DNA of 32,000 bases, from contig NC_004459.3 in the NCBI RefSeq assembly GCF_000039765.1, forward strand, positions 450,001 through 482,000, written 5' to 3'. The notes under the pieces are model-generated. The model saw only the letters and a program-made list of their open reading frames with translations, had not been told where the DNA came from and made no database searches. The translations under genes were made by a program, and so were the position numbers. This stretch comes from Vibrio vulnificus CMCP6 (GTDB lineage: Bacteria > Pseudomonadota > Gammaproteobacteria > Enterobacterales > Vibrionaceae). Of the stretch, positions 1-8,905 are shown one piece after another; the stretch's first letter is position 1, and every line of letters starts with the position of its first letter.

Positions 1-92
1 CAATCTGTACTATAGTTTGTCGCGTACAAACACGGACTAAGCCAAAAACTTAATCTCTGGTTTAGAAATAAGACATTTTTAGGAGCAAAAAA

Positions 93-701
93 ATGGTACT
101 AGTAGGTCGTCAAGCCCCTGATTTTACTGCAGCTGCTGTTCTAGGTAACGGTGAGATCGTTGATAACTTCAATTTTGCAGAGTTTACTAAAGGTAAGAAA
201 GCTGTTGTTTTCTTCTACCCACTAGACTTCACTTTCGTTTGCCCATCTGAACTGATCGCATTCGACAACCGTTACGAAGATTTCAAAGCAAAAGGCGTTG
301 AAGTGATCGGTGTTTCTATCGACTCTCAGTTTTCTCACAACGCATGGCGTAACACGCCAGTTGAAAATGGCGGTATCGGTCAAGTTAAATACCCTCTAAT
401 TGCTGACGTTAAACACGAAATCTGTCAAGCGTACGATGTTGAGCACCCAGAAGCAGGCGTTGCTTTCCGTGGCTCTTTCCTAATCGACGAAGATGGTTTA
501 GTACGTCACCAAGTAGTGAACGATCTACCTCTAGGTCGTAACATCGACGAAATGCTACGCATGGTTGATGCACTGAACTTCCACCAGAAGCACGGCGAAG
601 TATGTCCTGCTCAATGGGAAGAAGGTAAAGCAGGTATGGACGCATCACCTCAAGGTGTTGCAGCGTTCCTATCTGAGCACGCAGCTGACCTTAAAAAATA
701 A
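93..701 (+). CDS. prxC: Peroxiredoxin, AhpC/PrxC type (2-Cys)
   Basis: 202 aa ORF with the peroxidatic motif FYPLDFTFVCPSEL and the resolving-Cys region HGEVCPAQW. Confidence 0.95.
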   Translation: MVLVGRQAPDFTAAAVLGNGEIVDNFNFAEFTKGKKAVVFFYPLDFTFVCPSELIAFDNRYEDFKAKGVEVIGVSIDSQFSHNAWRNTPVENGGIGQVKYPLIADVKHEICQAYDVEHPEAGVAFRGSFLIDEDGLVRHQVVNDLPLGRNIDEMLRMVDALNFHQKHGEVCPAQWEEGKAGMDASPQGVAAFLSEHAADLKK

Positions 702-817
702 GGTTCTTTAACGCCCGAGCTCAAACGGGTGAATGGTTGGAAACGCTCAAAGAGCGTAATAAAACAATAGATTGCGGAAACCGCAACGCGCCAATCAGTA
801 TAAAGTAAAGTCCTTCC

Positions 818-844
818 AAAGCCCGATGCATTGCATCGGGCTTT
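818..844 (+). terminator. Rho-independent terminator downstream of prxC
   Basis: Perfect 12-bp inverted repeat AAAGCCCGATGC-ATT-GCATCGGGCTTT followed by TCTTTTT. Confidence 0.85.
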
Positions 845-962
845 TCTTTTTCGCACAAAACACCCTCTTAAACCCGGTAATTGAAGCGAAAAAGTTTACC
901 CCTATTCTTCACCATGCTCCTGCTATGATGAACCTCTGTTCTCTCTATTCAAACGAAAAAAC

Positions 963-1715
963 ATGAGTTACCAAGTCGAAGTTTGTATCGATAATATCGA
1001 ATCTCTACACAATGCTCTTGAAGGTGGCGCAACTCGGATTGAGCTTTGTTCTTCCCTCGCATTAGGTGGGTTAACCCCTAGTTATGGGTTTATGACCCTT
1101 GCGGCAAAATTGTCGACGGTTCCGATTTACGCCATGATCAGGCCAAGACAGGGAGACTTCTTATACAGCGATGATGAATTTGCGATCATGCAGCAAGATA
1201 TTTTGTCCGCTCAGCAAGCAGGCTTACAAGGCGTGGTATTTGGCCTGCTGACAGCAGATGGCGATATTGATGTCGCAAGAACCCGCATATTGGTCGAACT
1301 CGCCCACTCGCTACAGCTTGGCGTAACTTTTCACCGTGCTTTTGATCAATGCCGAGAACCTTTTGCCGCTTTGGAGCAGATCATTGACCTTGGATGCGAG
1401 CGAATCTTAACTTCCGGGCTTGCCGCCAGCGCGCCTTTAGGTAAAGAAATACTGACTCAGCTCGTGGCTCACAGCCAATCTCGCCTCGCTATCATGGCTG
1501 GCGCAGGTGTCTCCCCTGTTAACGTTGCCGATCTGGCACTGACAACAGGGGTTAAAGAAGTGCATCTTTCAGGCAAGAGCACTCGCCCAAGCAAAATGAC
1601 CTTTATTGCTTCTGACAGCAAGATGGGCGCAGCGGACCAAGACGATTTTATTATCCCGATTACCCATACAGCCACCATTCGCAATACCGTATTAGCTCTC
1701 AAATCAATCAGCTAA
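963..1715 (+). CDS. cutC: CutC family copper homeostasis protein
   Basis: 250 aa ORF starting [42 protein letters not shown], with [15 protein letters not shown] and FHRAFDQ, typical of CutC. Confidence 0.93.
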   Translation: MSYQVEVCIDNIESLHNALEGGATRIELCSSLALGGLTPSYGFMTLAAKLSTVPIYAMIRPRQGDFLYSDDEFAIMQQDILSAQQAGLQGVVFGLLTADGDIDVARTRILVELAHSLQLGVTFHRAFDQCREPFAALEQIIDLGCERILTSGLAASAPLGKEILTQLVAHSQSRLAIMAGAGVSPVNVADLALTTGVKEVHLSGKSTRPSKMTFIASDSKMGAADQDDFIIPITHTATIRNTVLALKSIS

Positions 1716-1768
1716 CTGCCCGAACGCCCTCCTTCAATGCTATGATTTAACAAAGCAAAGGAGGGCGT

Positions 1769-2545
1769 ATGGGAAAGCTGAAAAAAAAGTTCTATGAACA
1801 AGAACTCGAGAACTTACAAATTGAGTTAGTCAAACTTCAAGAATGGGTTAAGCATAAAAAACTCAAAGTCGTCGTCATTTTTGAAGGGCGAGATGCCGCT
1901 GGTAAAGGCGGTGTTATCAAACGCATTACTGAAAAACTGAATCCTCGCGTCTGTCGTATCGCAGCATTGCCTGCTCCGACAGAGAAAGAAAAAACGCAAT
2001 GGTATTTCCAACGTTATGTTGCGCATTTACCTGCCGGCGGTGAAATCGTGCTGTTTGATCGCAGCTGGTATAATCGCGCTGGTGTGGAAAAAGTGATGGG
2101 ATTTTGCAGTGAGGAGGAATATGAAGAGTTTTTGCGATCCTGTCCTGAATTTGAGCGCATGCTACAGCGCTCGGGCATCATACTCCTAAAATACTGGTTC
2201 TCCGTTTCCGATGAAGAGCAGGAAAAACGCTTTATCGAACGCATCAACACGCCAATCAAACGCTGGAAGTTTAGCCCGATGGATCTCGAATCGCGTAATC
2301 GCTGGGCAGAATATTCCAAAGCCAAAGATGAAATGTTTGCTTATACCGACACGAAATATTGTCCTTGGTGGGTAGTACCCTCAGATGATAAACGCCGTGC
2401 TCGCCTCAACTGCATTAGTCATTTACTCAGCAGTATTGACTATCAGGATGTGGTGCATCCACCCGTCACATTACCGGAGCTTAATAAAGAGGGCTACGTC
2501 CGTTCTCCTGTTGATGAACAAACCTTTGTCCCTTTTAAATACTGA
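1769..2545 (+). CDS. ppk2: Polyphosphate kinase 2 family protein (PPK2)
   Basis: 258 aa with Walker A VVIFEGRDAAGKGGVIKRI and FDRSWYNRAGVEKVMGFC; strong SD AGGAGG just upstream of ATG. Confidence 0.93.
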   Translation: MGKLKKKFYEQELENLQIELVKLQEWVKHKKLKVVVIFEGRDAAGKGGVIKRITEKLNPRVCRIAALPAPTEKEKTQWYFQRYVAHLPAGGEIVLFDRSWYNRAGVEKVMGFCSEEEYEEFLRSCPEFERMLQRSGIILLKYWFSVSDEEQEKRFIERINTPIKRWKFSPMDLESRNRWAEYSKAKDEMFAYTDTKYCPWWVVPSDDKRRARLNCISHLLSSIDYQDVVHPPVTLPELNKEGYVRSPVDEQTFVPFKY

Positions 2546-2555
2546 TTAATACAAC

Positions 2556-3497
2556 ATGGCCAAAGATCTATTTTACTCTCTCGATTTAAACTTGTTGCGC
2601 ACCTTCATGGTGCTCTACCAAGAAAAAAACATGCGTAAAGCATCAAAGCGATTGTTCGTTTCACAGCCAGCAATTAGCCAAGCACTACAAAAACTGCGCC
2701 ATCATTTTGGTGATGAACTGTTTGTCAAAGTCCCCACCGGCTTAGAAGCCACCCCATTTACCGAAACTGTGTTGACGGCTATTACGCCCCATCTCGACGG
2801 GTTGGCTTCTGCCCTCAATCAAACCTATGAGTTCAATCCAATCGAGCTTTCTGGCCGAATTAAAATTGCGCTTTCACCTATTGTGATGGCCTCTTTGACT
2901 GGGGCTTTATTCACTCGCTTTATTACTCAAGCCCCCAATTGTACGATTGAACTGGTGGGTTGGAACAAAGATACCTTTACCAACATCCAACAAGGAACCA
3001 TCGATTTCGGCGTCAACTTAGAGCAAGACATTCCGCAGAATATTTCTTGTAAAAAGCTGGTCGAACTGACCGGAAAACTGATTGTAAGACGTGATCATCC
3101 GATTGATAAACAAACAGTGACAGCAAAAGATCTCGAACCTTACCCTATCGCTTCAATTATCACTCCAGGATGGAATGACAACTTTACCCATGCAGCGCAA
3201 CTAATGGAAAAAGAAGGTGCCACTCCAACCGTTGGCTTTCGCTCAGAGATCATTCTTGCCGTGATCGATATTGTTCAACATACCAACTACTTTATGCCTC
3301 ACTCCAATTTATTTCCTCTCGCACAGTACCCCAATCTAAGAGCGCTTGACATTTTAGTGGCTGGTCGGCCGTTTATGCATGGTGTATTTAGCTACTACCA
3401 CAGCAGAAACCGCAATAACCCGTTAATGCATTGGATACACCACGAGATCAACGCTGTCCTTGAAAAACAGCTTAGTGATAACTTAAGATTATCATAA
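2556..3497 (+). CDS. LysR family transcriptional regulator
   Basis: 313 aa; N-terminal HTH LDLNLLRTFMVLYQEKNMRKASKRLFVSQPAISQALQKLRHHFGDELFVK; starts 11 nt after the ppk2 stop. Confidence 0.9.
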   Translation: MAKDLFYSLDLNLLRTFMVLYQEKNMRKASKRLFVSQPAISQALQKLRHHFGDELFVKVPTGLEATPFTETVLTAITPHLDGLASALNQTYEFNPIELSGRIKIALSPIVMASLTGALFTRFITQAPNCTIELVGWNKDTFTNIQQGTIDFGVNLEQDIPQNISCKKLVELTGKLIVRRDHPIDKQTVTAKDLEPYPIASIITPGWNDNFTHAAQLMEKEGATPTVGFRSEIILAVIDIVQHTNYFMPHSNLFPLAQYPNLRALDILVAGRPFMHGVFSYYHSRNRNNPLMHWIHHEINAVLEKQLSDNLRLS

Positions 3498-3704
3498 AGA
3501 TAATTAACTGATATTAGATACACCATCACTTATCAACCATTATTGCCATCAGAAATTGTCATGTGAAACAAGGAATCAATTTCTGAGGCAAATTGATGGT
3601 TACAAGCAACCCTACCATATCAATACTTGCCTCTTACTGAAGGATTAGACGAATCCCGTTTGCTCATTAGTCGTGAGCTCAACTTCAAGATTGTAGGTAT
3701 TGAT

Positions 3705-4325
3705 ATGAAAAAATCACTGATGTCGCTAGTCATTACTAGCTCACTTGTTTTAGCTGGTTGTTCCTCTAGCGCCAACAACGCTGGCCATTCAGGCACTGAA
3801 GCGACACCCGATCGGCTTCCACCAGTGTGGCACTCACCAGAAGACGCAGTAAACACTCCAGATCGCCAACCACCGCTATGGGGTGGCCCAACTGACGATG
3901 GCAATACTCCAGATCGTCAACCGCCACTATGGGGTGGCCCAACTGACGATGGTAATCCCCCTGATCGTTTGCCACCAACTTGGAATGACCCAGAGCAACC
4001 TCCGATGTGGAATTCACCACTTTACTCTTACGTGATCGACGGCGATAAAATTACCGATGCCAATGGTAATGAATACACAATATCCCGTGAATACTGGAAT
4101 GACCATGAATTTACCGTTCAAGATAAAGATGGCAACGTCTATTGGGTTCGAAGGCTAACAGATGGTGAACACAGTGGAAACTTCGCAGTATTTCACAATG
4201 GGGAAATCATTTATGTCGGTGGCGACACCGTCAAAGGTGGCATCGCTCCAGCACTTGAAGCAGCAAAACCTAAATTGGACCGCCAAGCAGTCAGAGATAC
4301 GATTCGCGCACGAATCAACCTATAA
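3705..4325 (+). CDS. Putative lipoprotein with proline-rich 17-aa tandem repeats, function unknown
   Basis: Likely start is the internal Met (MKKSLMSLVITSSLVLAGCSSS) with an LAGC lipobox. The ORF track start at 3627 is a TTG. Repeats of TPDRQPPLWGGPTDDGN. Confidence 0.75.
   Translation: MKKSLMSLVITSSLVLAGCSSSANNAGHSGTEATPDRLPPVWHSPEDAVNTPDRQPPLWGGPTDDGNTPDRQPPLWGGPTDDGNPPDRLPPTWNDPEQPPMWNSPLYSYVIDGDKITDANGNEYTISREYWNDHEFTVQDKDGNVYWVRRLTDGEHSGNFAVFHNGEIIYVGGDTVKGGIAPALEAAKPKLDRQAVRDTIRARINL
3804..4007 (+). repeat. 51-bp (17 aa) tandem coding repeat, 4 units
   Basis: Units TPDRLPPVWHSPEDAVN / TPDRQPPLWGGPTDDGN / TPDRQPPLWGGPTDDGN / PPDRLPPTWNDPEQPPM at 3804, 3855, 3906 and 3957; the middle two are identical in protein and nearly identical in DNA. 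Confidence 0.9.
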
Positions 4326-4341
4326 CATCTTCTCCTTTCCT

Positions 4342-4364
4342 TTGGCTCCCATTGTGGGAGCCAA
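4342..4364 (+). terminator. Hairpin after the lipoprotein gene (possible weak terminator or attenuator)
   Basis: TTGGCTCCCA-TTG-TGGGAGCCAA, 10-bp perfect stem, but without a U-tract. Confidence 0.4.
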
Positions 4365-4383
4365 TCTCTGAATAGGTATTTTC

Positions 4384-5058
4384 ATGAGCAAAAAAGCAAT
4401 GGCCTTTTGCTGCTTAGTTATTAGCGAAGCAGTTCAAGCGGGCTTTAGTGTTTCAATTGAAAAGGACTTAATTGAACTCGGAGTGTCTGCCGCTGTCACC
4501 GATAAAAGTTATTTATACATTGGCGCAGATAGCAATGAATGGTTAGGCATTGGTGTTGGCTACCAACACCGTTTGTCATCACAATGGACCGCCAACGCTT
4601 ACTATGAGTTTGGCTTAGAAGATGATTGGCTGATGAATGACGCTCTGGAAGTTGATGGTGTAAAAACCAAAAGCCATTTTTTAGATTTTTCAACCACGCA
4701 CCGTTTTGATGACTATTCGACTAAGCTGGGTATCACAGGAGAGTTTACGCGCAACGGCTTTACTTGGATTACAGTGGACGATTCTGATAAGTATTCCATG
4801 TATGCTTCTGTAGCCCGCTATTTTCAGTCTCTTTATGTTACTGGCCGATACGAACATCATTACGCCATTGATCGCTCAGACATGATCGATTTCAATCAAG
4901 GACACGCCAACGAATGGGAATTCTCAATCGGCACCATGCGATCAATATGGAAAATTTATCCTTATCTCAAAGCCAATATTTTAAGCCCTAATGGTACCTA
5001 TTACGGAAGCCAAAGCACCAATGTAAGTTGGTCGATGGGCGGAACCATTTCATTTTAA
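4384..5058 (+). CDS. Putative outer-membrane beta-barrel protein, unknown function
   Basis: 224 aa; signal-peptide-like N-terminus ending AVQA; alternating aromatic/polar strands; terminal Phe (SMGGTISF). Confidence 0.6.
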   Translation: MSKKAMAFCCLVISEAVQAGFSVSIEKDLIELGVSAAVTDKSYLYIGADSNEWLGIGVGYQHRLSSQWTANAYYEFGLEDDWLMNDALEVDGVKTKSHFLDFSTTHRFDDYSTKLGITGEFTRNGFTWITVDDSDKYSMYASVARYFQSLYVTGRYEHHYAIDRSDMIDFNQGHANEWEFSIGTMRSIWKIYPYLKANILSPNGTYYGSQSTNVSWSMGGTISF

Positions 5059-5187
5059 CACACATAATAAGCAGGACTTATTAAAGAGATAACCATTGCG
5101 ACTTATACATAAACAAAATTAATAACCAAGATAACCTCATACAGGAATGGAACTCCATCTTAATACAATCAACTTTTAGGTAATATC

Positions 5188-5661
5188 ATGAAAAAGATGG
5201 CGATAATTCTCTCTTCACTTATTTGCTCTAGTGCTTACGCGGGAATCACTATTTCACCAGAGCTCAAACTGGGTCCTTATAAAGGTGCCGGAATTCAAGT
5301 GGGTTTAACAAACACTCTCGGTTTTGATGCGGTGTTTGCCGAGTTGGCGAAAACGCGTTATGAGAGCAAAATCTACGATGAAGAAATCTATTCATACCGT
5401 GTTGGTTTTCAACAAATGTTTGGTGCCAGCAAACAGCATGGTTTTCAGGCAAGCCTAGGGTTGGCTCAATATGATGGCTATTTAAGAGAAGAGCATAAAA
5501 CAGCGAATGGTTTAAGCATTGGTGGTAGCTATGTATTCCAAGCAAACCAACATTTGTTTTTACGCGCCGGTGTTGACTTCAACGTGTTTGACACCAATGC
5601 AACGTATATCCCATCCGATACCTCGCCTAACTTTAATCTCGGCTTTGGCTTACGTTTCTAA
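5188..5661 (+). CDS. Putative small outer-membrane beta-barrel protein
   Basis: 157 aa; signal peptide MKKMAIILSSLICSSAYA; strand-like repeats; C-terminal LGFGLRF. Confidence 0.7.
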   Translation: MKKMAIILSSLICSSAYAGITISPELKLGPYKGAGIQVGLTNTLGFDAVFAELAKTRYESKIYDEEIYSYRVGFQQMFGASKQHGFQASLGLAQYDGYLREEHKTANGLSIGGSYVFQANQHLFLRAGVDFNVFDTNATYIPSDTSPNFNLGFGLRF

Positions 5662-5664
5662 CGA

Positions 5665-6363
5665 TTATCTCAGTGCGTCATTGATCCCTTGATCACCCAA
5701 ATGACGCACATCTTTTCCCTTGACGAAATAGATGATGTACTCGCAGATATTTTGGCAACGATCACCAACTCGTTCAATCGCACGAGCAGACCACATTACT
5801 TGAAGGATGTTGGGGATATTCTTCGGATTTTCCATCATATACGTCATAAGCTGGCGAATCACCGCCTCATACTCCGCATCGATTTTATCGTCCATTTTGT
5901 GCACTTCGGCTGCCGCATCCACGTCCATCCGCGCAAACGCGTCTAACACCAAGTGCAGCATCTGAATAGCTTGTCGAGCCAGTGGCTCTAAGGAAACATT
6001 AAACTGACGCTCTTTTGATGAAGGGCTTTCTATGGCGACATAGGCCATTTTAGTTGCCACATCACCAATGCGTTCTAAATCGGTAATGGTTTTGATGATC
6101 GCCATGATAAGGCGCAAATCTTTTGCGGTTGGCTGACGCTTGGCAATGATTCTCGTGCAGGCATCATCAATGGAAACTTCCATCGCATTGACTTTGTGAT
6201 CATCACGCACCACTCGTCTGGCAAGATCGATATCGTCGTTATGCAGCGCTTGCATGGCAAAAGAAAGCTGTTGTTCAACCAAGCCCCCCATCGTCAAGAC
6301 ATGAGTACGAATAGACTCAAGTTCTACATTGAATTGCCCTGAGATATGACGCCCGAAATGCAT
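5665..6363 (-). CDS. phoU: Phosphate signalling complex protein PhoU
   Basis: 232 aa; [33 protein letters not shown] and [25 protein letters not shown]; first of the pst cluster genes on the minus strand. Confidence 0.97.
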   Translation of the reverse strand: MHFGRHISGQFNVELESIRTHVLTMGGLVEQQLSFAMQALHNDDIDLARRVVRDDHKVNAMEVSIDDACTRIIAKRQPTAKDLRLIMAIIKTITDLERIGDVATKMAYVAIESPSSKERQFNVSLEPLARQAIQMLHLVLDAFARMDVDAAAEVHKMDDKIDAEYEAVIRQLMTYMMENPKNIPNILQVMWSARAIERVGDRCQNICEYIIYFVKGKDVRHLGDQGINDALR

Positions 6364-6387
6364 AACGATCCTTATCTAAAATATGTG

Positions 6388-7206
6388 CTAGCCGTAGCGG
6401 CCAGTAATGTAATCTTCAGTTTGCTTTTTCATCGGAGAGGTGAAGATGGTATCTGCGTCCGAATACTCAATGAGCTTACCCATGTGGATAAAGGCAGTAT
6501 AGTCGCTCACTCGCGCAGCTTGCTGCATGTTGTGAGTGACAATGACCACAGTATATTGAGTCTTTAGGTCGTTGATAAGCTCTTCAATCGTTAAAGTTGA
6601 TATAGGATCCAAAGCCGATGTTGGTTCGTCCAATAACAGCACTTCTGGCTCGATGGCGACCGCTCGGGCAATGACCAATCGCTGCTGTTGCCCACCAGAG
6701 AGACCAAAGGCATTCTCATGCAGGCGGTCTTTCACTTCATCCCATAACGCCGCCGAGCGTAAAGATCGCTCTACTGCGTCATCAAGCGTTCGGCTATTTT
6801 TCACACCTTGCAAGCGTAAACCATACACCACATTTTCATAGATGGATTTAGGAAATGGATTGGGCCTTTGAAACACCATCCCGACCCGACGCCTTAAGGT
6901 TGCAACGTCGACACTAGGATCGTAAACATTGCTGCCATACAGCTTAACGCTGCCTGTCACTTTGCATCCTTCCACTAGATCGTTCATGCGATTAATACAA
7001 CGCAGCAACGTTGACTTACCACAACCTGACGGACCGATAAATGCCGTCACTCTCCCTTTGGGAATGCGCATCGAAATGTCGTACAGTGCCTGACTTTGAC
7101 CATAGTGCAGATCCAAGTTCTCAATCGTAATGGCCGTTTTATCGTCAGGCAGATTATTCACATCTAAAGGGGCGTGATAGCCCAATGTGTCATTGAAAGA
7201 ATACAT
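6388..7206 (-). CDS. pstB: Phosphate ABC transporter ATP-binding protein
   Basis: Walker [10 protein letters not shown], signature LSGGQQQRL, Walker [14 protein letters not shown]. Confidence 0.98.
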
Positions 7207-7207
7207 C

Positions 7208-8878
7208 TTAGTCTTGCCCCAATGTTCGATATTTTTCGCGTAAATTATTGCGGATACTGATAGCCGTTAAGTTCAAACCGACAATGACCGTCACCAACAA
7301 AAAGGACGTGGCATACACCAGTGGTCGCGCCGCTTCGATGTTCGACGTTTGGAAGCCCACATCGTAGATATGAAAGCCAAGGTGCATAAACTTACGCTCA
7401 AGATGAATGTAAGGAAACTGGCCATCCACGGGTAAGCTGGACGCTAACTTAACCACACCAACCAACATCAGCGGCGCTACTTCTCCTGCCGCCCGTGCAA
7501 TCGCCAAAATCAATCCCGTAATGATAGCGGGAGTCGCCATCGGCAACACCACGCGCCACAACGTCTCAAATTGCGTCGCTCCAAGCGCAAGTGAGCCGTG
7601 TCGAACCGAGTTAGGAATGCGTGTTAGGCCCTCTTCAGTGGTCACGATGACCACGGGCAGCGTCAATACGGCTAAGGTCAGTGCAGACCACAACAGCCCA
7701 GGTGTACCAAAGGTTGGAGCAGGAAGGCGCTCTGCATAAAACAGGTTATCAATTGAACTACCGATGGTGTAAACAAAAAAGCCTAAGCCAAAAACGCCGT
7801 ACACAATGGAAGGCACACCGGCAAGATTAATGACCGCGATACGGATGACTCGTGTAAAAGCGTTATTTTTGGCGTACTCATGCAGATAGATGGCAGCAAT
7901 AACCCCCAGCGGCATCACAATAATCGACATGATCAACACAAGGAACACAGTACCAAATATGGCAGGAAAGACGCCACCTGCCGAGTTGGAATCTCGTGGA
8001 TTTTCTGAGAGGAATTTCCAAATTTCTCTCCCCCAGTGCACAATTTTATCGCCAACATTCATTTTGTTTGGCTGCCAAAAATCCAAAATTTCACTGAGAG
8101 GAATAGAGATCACATTACCACTCATTTCTTCCACCAGCAGCGTGTAACCCGTGAGTTGCAAACGTAATCCGTCAAGCTGCTGGTCGTAGTTGGCTAACTC
8201 CTGTTCATAGTGTTCGCGTTCCGCTTGATATTGCTGCAAATACTCGGAGCTCAACGTGCCATTGAGCTCTTTGCGCCGCTTATCAAGACGGAGCTGTTCC
8301 AATTTCCAACTTAACGGTTTGATGTTTTGCTCAACCACCAGCGCAATTTCTTCACGTAAACGTTCAGCGTATTCGAGCTTGTCTCGCAACAATGGGAAGA
8401 TATTCTCGTCAGTCTGTATATCGCCATCACGAAACGCTAAGTAGCGGCCATAGAAATCGCCGCCACTGCTGCGTTCAAACACAACAATCTCTTCCGGAGT
8501 TGTGGGTTCACTGAGTTGCGACTCCAACACCGAAATAAATTCGGAGGGATACAAACCTCGATTCGCCACTTTGATTTTCAAACGCACCGCTTCTTGCTCA
8601 TCTTGCACAATAGCCTGTAAAGATGGCGGCAGTTGCGAATAGTCCACTTGGTTTCGCTGATAAACCTGGCCAATCACACGGCTTCCAACCGATGTTTGTG
8701 GAGACAACTGAGGTGAGGTTTTTACTATCGTCCACTGATAGACAGGCGCAGGCCAGAAGTAATTAAGCCCCTTCCAACCAATCAAAAGCAGCAGTGCCAA
8801 CACCGAAAGCAAGCTGATGCTGACCGCTCCCCCTGTCAGCCAAATCCACGGCGCTCCTGAACGAATCCATTTCAGCAC
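7208..8878 (-). CDS. pstA: Phosphate ABC transporter permease PstA, long form
   Basis: 556 aa; C-terminal permease core ([49 protein letters not shown]) plus about 250 extra residues after TM1. Confidence 0.93.
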
Positions 8879-8905
8879 GCTAGCTCTCCCAACATTCGAC
8901 TATGA

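Noticed and set aside
3535-3601. Possible attC (integron) recombination site
   Set aside because: It has a bulged hairpin shape, but the required outer core sites (RYYYAAC / GTTRRRY in the right places) are not present and no integron cassette neighbours were seen.
3804-4007. Possible CRISPR array because of regular repeats
   Set aside because: Units are contiguous without spacers, keep a single reading frame, and there are no cas genes; this is a coding tandem repeat.
3620-4020. Minus-strand ORFs with Trp/Ser/Leu-rich repeats
   Set aside because: They are the reverse reading of the 51-bp tandem repeat. The plus frame has a signal peptide and lipobox and is clearly the coding one.
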